A program made the translations under genes and the position numbers. Shown piece after piece: positions 44,064 to 53,657 of a stretch of DNA of 64,000 bases (position 1 is its first letter; every line of letters starts with the position of its first letter). The stretch comes from Alphaproteobacteria bacterium (GTDB lineage Bacteria; Pseudomonadota; Alphaproteobacteria; UBA828), in assembly GCA_965243375.1 (NCBI GenBank), contig CBDEUT010000006.1, positions 64,131 through 128,130 on the forward strand, in the 5' to 3' direction. Under the pieces are notes generated by a model, which saw only the letters and a list, made by a program, of their open reading frames with translations, did no database searches and was not told the origin of the DNA.

Positions 44064-45823
44064 GCCGCGGCCCCCTCGGGCTGAGGAATCTCGGGCCCGA
44101 ATTCGACGGCGACCTTGCCGCCCGCGACCTTGATGGAGACCTCGCGGTCGCGCGGCATCACCCAGAGGATCTCCCGCCAGACGGCTTCCGCGATGGTGTG
44201 CTTGCGGGCCTCGTCCTCGGACGCCAGCAGCTTGATCGCCATGTGCGTCGCGTCCTCGCGGAAGCGCCGGCGCTGGGTTTCGTGACTGTCCGCGTCCGGG
44301 TCGTCGGAGGCCGAGAAGTACGCGGCCTCAAGGAGCTGGCAGAGCCCGGCGGGCTGGAGGTCGCTGTCCCTGGTGACCAGCGGGTGCGCGTCCTCGACCC
44401 AGGTGCCTTCCTCTCCGATGAAGACGACGTCGGCGGGGACGGCGATGGTCTCGGGCGGCCCGTCCCAGCTCAGTACTTTAAGGTGCATGTGGATGGCGTC
44501 GGGCCGGGCGAGCGTGTCCGGGAGGCCCGGCGCGGTGGCGGCGTCGGCGCTCGGCTCGTCGCCGGCTCGCAGGGCATCGAGCGGATGGGTGACGCCGGCC
44601 CCGGTGACGTCGATGCGCACGTCCGATACCCGCGCCAGCGCGTCGTACCAGTCGTAGCCTTTGAGGCGCTTGTCGGCCTCGAACAGACGGCCTGCGATCC
44701 CTGCCCGTTCCGCTGCGCGCCAGAGGCACTGCTGGTCCTGGGTCTCCGCATCGGCCGCCATGACCAGGGTGCCGGGGCGGACAGGCTCAGGGTTCGGCGT
44801 ATCCCGCCAGTCGTCGATATCGGCGATGCCGGGGCGCCAGGGACGCAGGACGGCAGGCGCGATCGGCATGTCGATGCCCGCCTCGCGGGCCGCCGTGAAG
44901 TGGGCGTGGGCGAGCGCTGGGGTGCGGTCGGCGCGGCGCATGGCCCGGTAGATGGCGATACGCGCGGCCTTGCGCATCTCGTCCAGGAAGGGCGTCTGCA
45001 CCGCCTCCCGGCGGGCGGGCAGCACCAGCTCCAGCTCGGGGCAGGCGTCGACGTCGCCCAGCACCGACCAGGTGCCGCCGTCGATGGTGTCCACCGTCGG
45101 CAGGCGGACGGAGAGCGTGAGCCCGTGGAAGTTCAGGTCGGAGTCGTTGAAGCCGGCGAACCTGCTGTCGAAGACGCCGAAGGCGAGACCCTGCCAGCGT
45201 TCGACGTGGACGGCGCCGTCGAGGAAGGCCTTGCGCTCGACGACCTCGCCGTTGACGGTCACGGCGAGCGGACAGTAGCGCGCGGCGGCGGCGAAGGCGG
45301 CACGGATGCCTTCCCGGCCCTCGTCCGCGCGGAAGGTGATCGCGGTGCCGCTGGGCAGGGGGGCACCCTCGCAGCCGACGATGCGGGCCTCCTGCTTTCC
45401 GAGAAAGCAGTCGGGCGTGAGCTGGACGCTCCAGCCGGGCATGGGCGCGATACCGGCGGTGGCGGGCCGCGAAGAAATGGCGCAGCCGCGCTTGGACAGC
45501 GCATAGACACCCATGCCTGCGGGGTCCTCGCGCTTCGCCGTGGCGGCGTCCCAGCCGCTCTCGCCGAATGAGAGCAGGACGGCCGGGTCGGCGATTCCGA
45601 AGCCGTCGTCGGTGACGGTGACGACGGTGCCGCCGCAAGCCTCGGCTTCGGGCACGGCCTCGGTGACGACGTCGAGGCGGGTGGCGCCGCTGCGGCGCGA
45701 ATTCTGGATCAGCTCGGCCGCCGCGTCCGCGGCGGAGGCATTGAAGAATCGCGAGACCCGGTCGATGGCGCCGTCATGGACGCGCGCCCGGATGGTAGCG
45801 GGCAGTGCGGAAGGATCGCTCAT
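44060..45823 (-). CDS. GHKL-superfamily (HATPase_c, MORC/MutL-like) ATPase, 587 aa
   Basis: N-terminal FNASAADAAAELIQNSRRSGATRLDVV (N-box) ...GTVVTVTDDGFGIADP (G1 box) ...GMGVYALS (G2-like). Long C-terminal region without recognisable domains. Confidence 0.7.
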   Translation of the reverse strand: MSDPSALPATIRARVHDGAIDRVSRFFNASAADAAAELIQNSRRSGATRLDVVTEAVPEAEACGGTVVTVTDDGFGIADPAVLLSFGESGWDAATAKREDPAGMGVYALSKRGCAISSRPATAGIAPMPGWSVQLTPDCFLGKQEARIVGCEGAPLPSGTAITFRADEGREGIRAAFAAAARYCPLAVTVNGEVVERKAFLDGAVHVERWQGLAFGVFDSRFAGFNDSDLNFHGLTLSVRLPTVDTIDGGTWSVLGDVDACPELELVLPARREAVQTPFLDEMRKAARIAIYRAMRRADRTPALAHAHFTAAREAGIDMPIAPAVLRPWRPGIADIDDWRDTPNPEPVRPGTLVMAADAETQDQQCLWRAAERAGIAGRLFEADKRLKGYDWYDALARVSDVRIDVTGAGVTHPLDALRAGDEPSADAATAPGLPDTLARPDAIHMHLKVLSWDGPPETIAVPADVVFIGEEGTWVEDAHPLVTRDSDLQPAGLCQLLEAAYFSASDDPDADSHETQRRRFREDATHMAIKLLASEDEARKHTIAEAVWREILWVMPRDREVSIKVAGGKVAVEFGPEIPQPEGAAA

Positions 45824-45926
45824 GGCGTTGATCTCCCATGTATGGGTGAAAGGGAAGCGCGCCCCGCCAGCGGTGCCGGCGGGGCGCGTCGTGTCGGGGG
45901 CTGGGACGAGACCCGGCTTGGTGCTG

Positions 45927-48479
45927 CTAGCGGCGCAGGAAGGCGGGGATGTCCAGCGCATCGCCGCCGCTGTCCGAGACAGTGTCCGAGACACCGTCGT
46001 GGCCGTTGCCGGAGACGGGCGGCGCCGACGGATCGGCGTCCGGAGAAGCGTCGCCGTTATCGCCGTTCTCGAAGCCCACGGTGTTGACGATCACCCTGGG
46101 TCCGCCGCCCGCGACGGGCACGGCGTTCATGGCGTCGACCGGCTCAACGCCGGTGGGGGCGACGGTCGTCGCGTCCGGAACCCTCGGGCCGGAGACGCCG
46201 GTCGATCCGGTGGTTTCCGGGTCAGGGGTGCCGTCGGACGCTTCGGAGGGCGCAGGCCGTTCGGCATCGCCCGCATCGGCCGCGTGTCCCTCGGGGGCTT
46301 CGGCGTCGGCGGCCGGCTCGGGCTGTTCCGCCGGGGCCTCCTGCCGGGCGCCGGACTGAGCTTCGTCCGAAGCTGCCGCGTCCTGGGACGGCTGGTCCGC
46401 AGGCGGAGCTTCGGCTTGCGGTGCGGCCGCGTCTTCGTCGTCGACGTGGCCCGAGTCGAAGGCGGCGAAGCCGGGCGGCACCCAGGCCAGCGCGGCGGCG
46501 CGGCCTTCCTTCGGGACGCCCAGAGGCACCGCGTCTCCGGCCGCGAAGGCGGTCTCCATCGCGGTGGCGAGCACCGCCTTCTTGTCCTTGCGGTGGGTGT
46601 GCGCCCACTCGATGCCGAGGGTGCGGCGGGCGACGTCCATCATGCGGTCCTTGCGCACCCGCGACCAGAACATCTCGGCGCCCGGCCGGACGTGTTCCGC
46701 GAACTCGATGTCGAGCCGCGCCACCGTCGCTTCCGTCTCGGGCCGCGCATTCGCCTCGAAGGCGAGCTGGCCCACGAGCGTGCGCGCGACGCAGGCGGCG
46801 AACAGCCGCTTCTTGTCCTTGGGGGCAAGCGCCCTCAGGGCGGCGAAGGATTCGGCGCGGTCCTCGATCTCCAGCCAGTCGAAGCGGAGCGAGGAGCGGT
46901 CGGCCAGCATGGCCTCGCCGGGGCTCCAGTCGCCGAAGGCGTCGTCGTTGACGCGGAGCGGCGGCCGGTCCGGGGTCTCGCGCACCGCGATGTCGAGCGC
47001 GTCGTCGTGGTAGCCGGGAGTGAACACCGCGCGCCCCATCTGGAACAGCATGAGGTCGAAGGCGGCCCCGAATTCCTCCGCCAGATGCGCCTTGACCAGC
47101 GTCGTCCTGACGGCGCGGAGGTCGTCGGCGAGGCCGATGCCGACACCGGCCTCCTTGCGCGCCTCCGCCTCCGGGTCGGGCCTGGCGCGGGGCATGGCCG
47201 GGCCGGAGACGGCGGGAGACTGGATGCCGGAGGTGGCCTGCTGGCCATCCTGCTGCGCGCTACCGCCCTGGGCAGAGGCGTCAGGGGTGCCCGCGGCGGT
47301 GTCGGCTGCGGGCATGTCCTCGGGCTTCACCAGGCCGTTCACGACCTGGAGCGCGCCGTCGTTGCCGACGGTGACGATGCAGCCCGAGATCGCGATGTCC
47401 TCGGGCTTGAAGACGGCGCGGGCCTTGACGGCTTCCTCGATCTCGGTGAGGCGCGTCCCGATTGAATCGCTCTCATCGACAAGCTCTTCAGTCCATTCGT
47501 CGTCGTCCAGGTCGGCAAGCTCTTCCTGGCGAGCGTGTAGGCGCCCGATCTCGGCCTTCTCCTCGTCCGTGGGCTCGGCCGGGGTGGGATGAACCCGCCC
47601 GAACCGCGCGAGGTCGGACCAGTCGACGTCGAGCCTGGCCTCCGCCCACTTCCAGCGGGTCGCCAGCTCGTCGGCCGCGACCTGGAGCCGGTCGAGGGCG
47701 AGTTTCATCAGCAGCGCCGGGTCTTCCAGCCAGACGCCGTTCTCGTGCTCGTCGGCGAAGAGGTCGCGGAGCACGGGACCGCCGGCTGCCTCGTAGGCGT
47801 CCACGCCGACGTAGCGGGCGAGCGCGGCGCCGGCCGGAATGCGGTCTTCGGTCAGCATGCGCCTGATCTGCCAGTCGGTGGGCCGGTAGCCCTGCTCGCT
47901 CACCTGCTCCCACACGGCCAGCTGGCGCGCGCGGTCGATGGTCACGGTGAAGGCCTTGAGCGTGGCGAGGTCGATCCTGTTCTCGCGGTACGCGTCCAGC
48001 AGCTCGGGCGCGACGTGTCCGAGGCGGAGCCGCTGCTCCACGATGCGCTCGGAGACCCCGAAGCGGGCGGCGATGTCGAGGACGGTGGCGCCTGCGAGCG
48101 CCAGTGCGCCGAAGGCCTCGACTTGGTCCGCCGGATGCATGGCGACGCGGACCACGTTCTCGGCGAGAGACAACTCGCCGTCGATGGCGCCGTTGGCGAC
48201 GATGCGGCAAGGGACGGGATGGTCGGCCTCGATGACGCCCTCGCTTGCGAGCTGGTTCATCGCGGCGAGGCGCCTGGCGCCGGCGATGACGGCGAAGCGC
48301 TCGCCGCCGTCCTCGCCAGGTTCGGCGGAGCGCGCCACGAGGTTCTCGATCAGGCCGTGGGAGGCGATGGAGGCCTTGAGCTCGTCGAAGGCGGCCTTGC
48401 CGGAGGGCGTCTTGCGGACGTTGGCGGGCGAGGGCTCAAGCCGGTCGAGGGGTATGGATCGGATGACGGGTTCGGTCAT
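45927..48479 (-). CDS. large ParB/Sulfiredoxin-domain (ParB-like nuclease) protein, 850 aa
   Basis: N-terminal IPLDRLEPSPANVRK...HGLIENLVAR...FAVIAGARRLAA ParB N-domain. Long acidic C-terminal extension, common in plasmid and integrative-element leading regions. Confidence 0.8.
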   Translation of the reverse strand: MTEPVIRSIPLDRLEPSPANVRKTPSGKAAFDELKASIASHGLIENLVARSAEPGEDGGERFAVIAGARRLAAMNQLASEGVIEADHPVPCRIVANGAIDGELSLAENVVRVAMHPADQVEAFGALALAGATVLDIAARFGVSERIVEQRLRLGHVAPELLDAYRENRIDLATLKAFTVTIDRARQLAVWEQVSEQGYRPTDWQIRRMLTEDRIPAGAALARYVGVDAYEAAGGPVLRDLFADEHENGVWLEDPALLMKLALDRLQVAADELATRWKWAEARLDVDWSDLARFGRVHPTPAEPTDEEKAEIGRLHARQEELADLDDDEWTEELVDESDSIGTRLTEIEEAVKARAVFKPEDIAISGCIVTVGNDGALQVVNGLVKPEDMPAADTAAGTPDASAQGGSAQQDGQQATSGIQSPAVSGPAMPRARPDPEAEARKEAGVGIGLADDLRAVRTTLVKAHLAEEFGAAFDLMLFQMGRAVFTPGYHDDALDIAVRETPDRPPLRVNDDAFGDWSPGEAMLADRSSLRFDWLEIEDRAESFAALRALAPKDKKRLFAACVARTLVGQLAFEANARPETEATVARLDIEFAEHVRPGAEMFWSRVRKDRMMDVARRTLGIEWAHTHRKDKKAVLATAMETAFAAGDAVPLGVPKEGRAAALAWVPPGFAAFDSGHVDDEDAAAPQAEAPPADQPSQDAAASDEAQSGARQEAPAEQPEPAADAEAPEGHAADAGDAERPAPSEASDGTPDPETTGSTGVSGPRVPDATTVAPTGVEPVDAMNAVPVAGGGPRVIVNTVGFENGDNGDASPDADPSAPPVSGNGHDGVSDTVSDSGGDALDIPAFLRR

Positions 48480-48839
48480 CGGCTTCTCCGGAGGTGGGCC
48501 GCGGTCGGGCGGCGTGTGGACGGGACGGGCGGCCAGGCGCGACCGCGCGCGCATGAAGAAGAGCCGCGGGCGTTCTCTCGGTCGCCCGGGACCCTCGGAA
48601 GCCGGTCGCCGGACTCGAACTCTCCGCGTGGCGGGGCCGGCGGGCGCGGTTCTGCGGTCAGTCGGTGCAGAGGCAGTCGAGGGAGCCGGTGTCGGCGTTC
48701 TCGCCGGACAGGGTCTCGGCCTCGTCGAACAGGTCGCGGTGGGCGAGCAGACGAGGCGGATGAGCCTGGGGATTGAGGGCGGCGGCGCGGGGATGCCGGG
48801 CGGAGTGGCGCCGGGTCGAGACCGTGCTGGCGGCCATGG

Positions 48840-49577
48840 TCACGCCTCCCTCGGCTCGCGGGCCGCTTCGGGGCGCGCCATGTCGAAGGCGTGATCGAAC
48901 ATGGCGACGACACGGGCGTGGGTGTCGTGCTCGTTGAGGCCGATGTGGCTCTCGTACTCGCCGATCTTGAACGCGGCGCAGTCCAGCAACCAGGAAACCT
49001 GGTTCACCGTGGGGCCGATCCGGTCGCGGCCGGCGTCGTCCGCGCCGAGCACGTGGGCGGCAAGTCCGACAGCGCCTGCGGCACAGAGGCGGCACCCGCC
49101 GTGGAAGGAGACGAGCGCCCGGCCGAAGCGGTCGAGCGCGATGGCGCCCTGCGCCCAGCGGTCGGGGCGGGCGATGATCGTGCGGGCGACGACGAGAATG
49201 TCCGGCGCGGTCGGCGCCTCCGGCTTCGGCGCCAAGCGAATCGCGCCGTCGAATATCGCGATGGTCGCAGTGTGGCCGGGTTCCAGGTCGAGCGCCTGCA
49301 CCGTTGCCGGTCTGGCGGGTGCGGTCTCCGAGGCCGCGCGATACATCAACGACCTCGCTTCCGCGACGGCGCCCTGCGCGGCATTCGCCTCGGCGGCCAC
49401 GCGATCGAGGGCGCCGAGCGCGCCCCAACGGACGGCGCTGCTGGCCCGGCCCTGGCACGGGGTGCCGTCCCGGTCGAGCGCCTCCGGCCAGGCGCACCAG
49501 CGCGCGGGATCGGCCACCACGGTCCGGGCGGCCACGACCAGGGCAGTGACTTCGATGACATCGGTGCGTGCGTCCAT
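48840..49577 (-). CDS. hypothetical protein with internal duplication
   Basis: 245 aa from MDARTDVIEV... Two related halves (...ARPARWCAWPEALDRDGTPC... and ...ARPDRWAQGAIALDRFGRAL...). Confidence 0.45.
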   Translation of the reverse strand: MDARTDVIEVTALVVAARTVVADPARWCAWPEALDRDGTPCQGRASSAVRWGALGALDRVAAEANAAQGAVAEARSLMYRAASETAPARPATVQALDLEPGHTATIAIFDGAIRLAPKPEAPTAPDILVVARTIIARPDRWAQGAIALDRFGRALVSFHGGCRLCAAGAVGLAAHVLGADDAGRDRIGPTVNQVSWLLDCAAFKIGEYESHIGLNEHDTHARVVAMFDHAFDMARPEAAREPREA

Positions 49578-49642
49578 GACGTCCTCGCTGATGCGGGTTC
49601 GGGCGGTCGACGAGAGGGGGGCCGCGCCCCGGTGGAATGGGA

Positions 49643-50308
49643 TCAGGCCTGCAACGACGGCAGGCTCACGGGGTAAGGGCGCCGCACGAGGCGGAAGCCG
49701 CCCTTGCAGGGCTCGATCGCAATGGTGTCCTGGCTCTCGGCGTCGTGACACTTGAGCGACGCGAGAGCGGCCATCTGGTCGGCGTGGACCGGGACTGTCG
49801 CGTCGAGCCGGTCCGCGACCGCGAGCCACCAGGCGACGATCTCGCTCACCATGACGGGCGCCAACGGAGGCTTGCCGAACGCCGCGGTCCCGTCGCCCGC
49901 GAACATGCGATCGCCGTGAGGGCCGCCCCATATGCCGGGGTGCCGCTCCGCCCAGCGCTTCAACGCGGGGGCGTGCATGAATCCCAGGTCGCGGGCGAGA
50001 ACGTGGGCGCCGTCGTGGTACATGAGATGGGTGACTTTCCCATCCAGCGTGAGCGCCATCATCGTCTCGCCGGGGTCGGCATAGAACGTCTCGTCGTGCA
50101 GCCAGCGGACCGCGGGGTGCTCCATGAAGCGGGCGAGCGTGTACCAGCCGGCATGGCAGGCGGTGGTGCGGCATCCGTGGCGGTGGATGATGCCCCAGTC
50201 CATGGGGACCTGCTGGTCGCCGCCGTGCGCGTGGACGGCGTTCCGGATGCGCGACATGGCGAGGCGGATCGCCACGGGCGACGGGTGGACGGTCTGCATG
50301 GCTTTCAC
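49643..50308 (-). CDS. hypothetical protein
   Basis: 221-aa ORF on the same strand. No family recognised. Confidence 0.4.
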   Translation of the reverse strand: MKAMQTVHPSPVAIRLAMSRIRNAVHAHGGDQQVPMDWGIIHRHGCRTTACHAGWYTLARFMEHPAVRWLHDETFYADPGETMMALTLDGKVTHLMYHDGAHVLARDLGFMHAPALKRWAERHPGIWGGPHGDRMFAGDGTAAFGKPPLAPVMVSEIVAWWLAVADRLDATVPVHADQMAALASLKCHDAESQDTIAIEPCKGGFRLVRRPYPVSLPSLQA

Positions 50309-50509
50309 TCCTCGGGTGTTGTGCCTGGAGCGCGCCGGAGCGGCCGCTCTCCGCGTCCCCGGCGGGTCGCCCCAGGCCTAGCCGTCCCTCCCCTCGTGCC
50401 GGCGAGAGGCGGACGACGGGAGACGGGCGCCGGGGGTGGGTCGCGGCCGCTACCGATCACGGAGAGCGGCGGCGCCCGGACCGCAGGATCAGGTGGGGGA
50501 GATCATGGG

Positions 50510-50827
50510 CTAGTGCGCCCAGGGGCAGCGTTCCCACAGCTTGCGCAGGGTGCGCGGCATGCCGCCCCACTCGCCGTCGTTGTGGTTGTAGGACGGCCAG
50601 TCCTCGTGGCGCATCCAGGTGGAGCCGTCGATCCAGTAGGCGCCGCCGGGGCAGCTGCGGCGGATCGGCCTGCCGTCGGTGCGCCGCCATTCGTAGCCGA
50701 CCAGGCGATGGTCGTGGTGGGGGGAGCGGTAGAGGGTGAGCCGCCACTCGTGCTTGCCGATCTTCATGGGCTCCGACTGGCGGATGATGCGGTTACCGCA
50801 GAAGTCGAACGCGCTCCTGTCCCTCAT
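50510..50827 (-). CDS. hypothetical protein
   Basis: 105 aa from MRDRSAFDFCGN... ATGA start/stop overlap with the upstream gene. Confidence 0.4.
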   Translation of the reverse strand: MRDRSAFDFCGNRIIRQSEPMKIGKHEWRLTLYRSPHHDHRLVGYEWRRTDGRPIRRSCPGGAYWIDGSTWMRHEDWPSYNHNDGEWGGMPRTLRKLWERCPWAH

Positions 50828-51348
50828 GACTCGGTCTCCGCGACGGGCTTCATCGTGTAGGCGCACTCGATGTCGCAATCGGCGCAGATCGCGGTGGCCT
50901 CGCAGACCTCGTGCAGCTCCCAGCGCTGCCAGTGCGTGTCCCAGCGTGCCCATGCGTCGATCCGGACGCCGCTCCCGCCGCACGTGACGCAGACGGGCTG
51001 CATCGGCGGACACTCGTGCCGGAGCCCCGCCGCGAGCGCCTTGCGGGCGGAATCGGCGAGGTGCTTGATGTAGGTGCCGACGGGAGCGCGCAGCCTGCCG
51101 GAGTAGATGTTGCGGTGGAGCCGGTCGAGGTCGAGCATGAGCGCCTTCATCTCCGGGCGGAGGTCGACCACGGGCTCGCGGTCCTCGTCGAGCATGGCCA
51201 GGCCGCCGCAGCCCTCTTGCGGGCATTGGCCGGCGGGCATGATGTCGCCGGGCAACACCCGGTCCCAGAAATCGCGAAGCTCCCTGGTGTTCTCCACCGG
51301 ACCGGTCCAGCCGCAGTCCCGGCAGGTGGCGGTCTCCGTTCTGCTCAT
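50824..51348 (-). CDS. Cys-rich (zinc-ribbon) hypothetical protein
   Basis: 174 aa: TCRDCGWTGP...MPAGQCPQEGCGG...CVTCGGSG...CADCDIEC. Its N-terminal module is paralogous to 51868-52254. Confidence 0.5.
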   Translation of the reverse strand: MSRTETATCRDCGWTGPVENTRELRDFWDRVLPGDIMPAGQCPQEGCGGLAMLDEDREPVVDLRPEMKALMLDLDRLHRNIYSGRLRAPVGTYIKHLADSARKALAAGLRHECPPMQPVCVTCGGSGVRIDAWARWDTHWQRWELHEVCEATAICADCDIECAYTMKPVAETES

Positions 51349-51374
51349 GGCAGTGCTCCTCGTATTGAAGGGAA

Positions 51375-51432
51375 TCGGCGGGGCGGGCGGGATTCGAACC
51401 CGCGAGGCTGCGCCCTCCACATGACCCCGGCT
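51375..51432 (-). other. tRNA-like remnant (D-arm-like, T-arm and acceptor 3' strand)
   Basis: Minus-strand reading GGCGCAGCCTC GCGGG TTCGAAT CCCGC CCGCCCCGCC: a perfect T-stem-loop and acceptor-like 3' end. No 5' acceptor or anticodon arm present. Confidence 0.35.
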
Positions 51433-51530
51433 GCTTCCGCGCGAGGCGCGCGTTCTGACTATCGCCGGAGGCTCACGCCCCGATGCTCAGGATGGAACGG
51501 CGAGGCCGGAGCGCGGCCGCCTGGTCGGGG

Positions 51531-51851
51531 TCAGGGCGGCCGGTGCTGCATGAGCGCCCGGCAGGCCGCGACGCGCTCTTCCTCGAAGGTCGCGATCGCG
51601 TCGCGCTCGCGCTGCGCGACATCGGGGAATCCGAGGCGGTCCATGATCGCCCTGTGCACCCGTGTACCGGACTTCAGCTCCCTGCCGTTGGCCGGGCCGT
51701 ACACGACCACGGCGTCGTCGCCGTAGCCGTGCGCGAAGTTGGCGTCGAACGGATAGCTGCGGCCGTTGTCGAAGGTGGCCCGGCCGCGCGCGTAGCAGGG
51801 CAAATGGGTGACGTTCACGATCTCGTCGATCCGGATGTCGGTGAGATGCAT
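51531..51851 (-). CDS. hypothetical protein
   Basis: 106 aa from MHLTDIRIDEIVNV... Confidence 0.4.
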   Translation of the reverse strand: MHLTDIRIDEIVNVTHLPCYARGRATFDNGRSYPFDANFAHGYGDDAVVVYGPANGRELKSGTRVHRAIMDRLGFPDVAQRERDAIATFEEERVAACRALMQHRPP

Positions 51852-51867
51852 GCGCTCCTCCCCGGCT

Positions 51868-52254
51868 TCATGCCCGCTTGATCCGCAGATAGCCGTGCGG
51901 GTCCGGACCGGCGCCCGGGGTGTCGCGGTGGACGGCGACGCGGAAGCCGGAGCGGTCGAGATCCTGCACGCGGTAGCTCCAGGGATGGGAGTGATGCCAC
52001 ATGACGTCGGCGAGGCTCTGGGCGGTGGAGCGGACGCCGAACTTCGTGGCGCGCTCGGGCGCAAGCGTGGTGTGGACCTTGATGCAGGGCCCGTGCCGGG
52101 TCTCGTCGAGCAGCGCGGAGGCGTTGCACTTCGGGCATTCGCCCGCCGGCATGACATCGCCCGGCTCGACGCGCTCCCAGGCGTTCTTGAGCGGGCCGCA
52201 CCGATCGGCGGGACCGTTCCAGCCGCAGTACTGGCAGGTGGCGGTGGGCATCAT
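51868..52254 (-). CDS. zinc-ribbon hypothetical protein (paralog of the N-terminus of 50824-51348)
   Basis: MMPTATCQYCGWNGPADRCGPLKNAWERVEPGDVMPAGECPKCNASALLDE parallels MSRTETATCRDCGWTGPVENTRELRDFWDRVLPGDIMPAGQCPQEGCGGLAMLDE. Confidence 0.5.
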   Translation of the reverse strand: MMPTATCQYCGWNGPADRCGPLKNAWERVEPGDVMPAGECPKCNASALLDETRHGPCIKVHTTLAPERATKFGVRSTAQSLADVMWHHSHPWSYRVQDLDRSGFRVAVHRDTPGAGPDPHGYLRIKRA

Positions 52255-52313
52255 GGCGTGCTCCTGGCGTTGGAGTTGGTTGCGTGGCGAAGGGGCCAGC
52301 CCTCCGGCGCGGA

Positions 52314-53657
52314 TCAATCCCCGATCCTGATGTGCTCGCCCCAGGGCGGCGGTTGCCCCCAGGGGGCGTCCCGCGGCGACCAGTCGATCCACGCCACAGG
52401 GAACGGGGGCTCGGCCTCGGGGTAGCGGTCGCAGTCCATGTCCGTGAAATAAAGGCAGCACGCAGGTTGCTCGCCGCGCTCGGCGAGGCGGGCGAACCCC
52501 GGCCTGAAATCCGTGCCCCACCGACCCTTGACGACGATCCGCTCGGGCAGCTCGCCGGGCGCGTGGTCCTGCTCGTCCTGCACGGCGGCGTCGACCTGGA
52601 GCACGATGACGCGCTCGGGCTCGATCTCGGCCGCGACCTCGCGGACCTCCGACCAGAACGCCGCGAGGGCATCGCTGTCGACCGAACCGGAGGTGTCGAT
52701 GATGACCGCGAGCGTGCCCATCCCTTCGGTGCGCATCGAGGGGAGGTAGAGGCCCTCGTCGATGAAGCGCCGGTTGGGGACGCTCCAGGAGTAGTCGCGG
52801 GGTGCGGCGTCGGTCATGTAGCGGCGCAGCAGCGAGCGCCAGTCGAGGGTGCTGCGGTGCGCGTCCCGGATCGCCTCCTCGACCGCGCCGGGCGCCAAGC
52901 CTTGCGCCCTGGCGAGGTTGAGGGCCTGGTGCATGGCCTCGTCCCAGGCCTGCTCCTCGGCGTTGACGTCGATCGGTGCCTCTGCGCTATCCGCGTCGGC
53001 AGCATTGCGCGCACCGGCATCCATGATCTCGCCGGTGCCGGCGGGATCGACGCTCGGGGTCTCGCCGGTCCCGTCGTCCTCGCCCCGATCGTCCCGGTCC
53101 GGCCGATCGCCGTCGGCGGACGGGTCGGTGTCGTCATCAGACCGATCATCGGCGTCATGGCCCTCGGTCTGCGCATCGTCGTCGCCACCGGTGCCGCCGC
53201 CCGGAGACGGAGGCGGGCTGTCCTCGCCTCCACCCTGGCCGCCGTCGTCCTGCGGCTCGGGCAGGCGGTCGTAGGCCTGCTCGACGCTGATCCCGTCCCA
53301 GGCCTCGGCCTCGGGCGGCAGCTTGAATCCCGCGTCGCGCAGCAGGCCGTGGGTGACGAATTGCGAGGCCATCTGCCAGCGCGCGGGCTCGCGCTCGCCC
53401 CGGCGGGTGTGGTGCTTGAGCGCGCAGGCCAGCACCACGCGCCCGATGGCGGTCTTGACCAGGTCCGCACCGGTATCCGCCACCCACTCGGGCGAGTAGC
53501 GGATTTCGTGGCCGTCGCTCGCCAGCGTCTCGCGGGCGGCGTCGGCGCGTATCGGCAGCCGGAGCGCGAGGCTGCCGAAGAAGGGCTGGTCCTGGAGCAG
53601 CGCCGTCACGCAGTCGCTGACCCGGCGGGCCGATTCCGCGCGGGCACGGCGGGACAT
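52314..53657 (-). CDS. VWA-domain protein with N-terminal DUF2201_N-like (degenerate metallopeptidase-like) domain
   Basis: N-terminal ...QPFFGSLALRL...LASDGHEIRYSPEW... Acidic low-complexity linker. C-terminal LAVIIDTSGSVDSDALAAFWSEV... (MIDAS DxSxS). Confidence 0.7.
   Translation of the reverse strand: MSRRARAESARRVSDCVTALLQDQPFFGSLALRLPIRADAARETLASDGHEIRYSPEWVADTGADLVKTAIGRVVLACALKHHTRRGEREPARWQMASQFVTHGLLRDAGFKLPPEAEAWDGISVEQAYDRLPEPQDDGGQGGGEDSPPPSPGGGTGGDDDAQTEGHDADDRSDDDTDPSADGDRPDRDDRGEDDGTGETPSVDPAGTGEIMDAGARNAADADSAEAPIDVNAEEQAWDEAMHQALNLARAQGLAPGAVEEAIRDAHRSTLDWRSLLRRYMTDAAPRDYSWSVPNRRFIDEGLYLPSMRTEGMGTLAVIIDTSGSVDSDALAAFWSEVREVAAEIEPERVIVLQVDAAVQDEQDHAPGELPERIVVKGRWGTDFRPGFARLAERGEQPACCLYFTDMDCDRYPEAEPPFPVAWIDWSPRDAPWGQPPPWGEHIRIGD

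Noticed and set aside
45513-47465. 650-aa plus-strand ORF antisense to the ParB-like gene
   Set aside because: Antisense to a gene with a clear ParB N-domain. Gly/Arg-rich low complexity.
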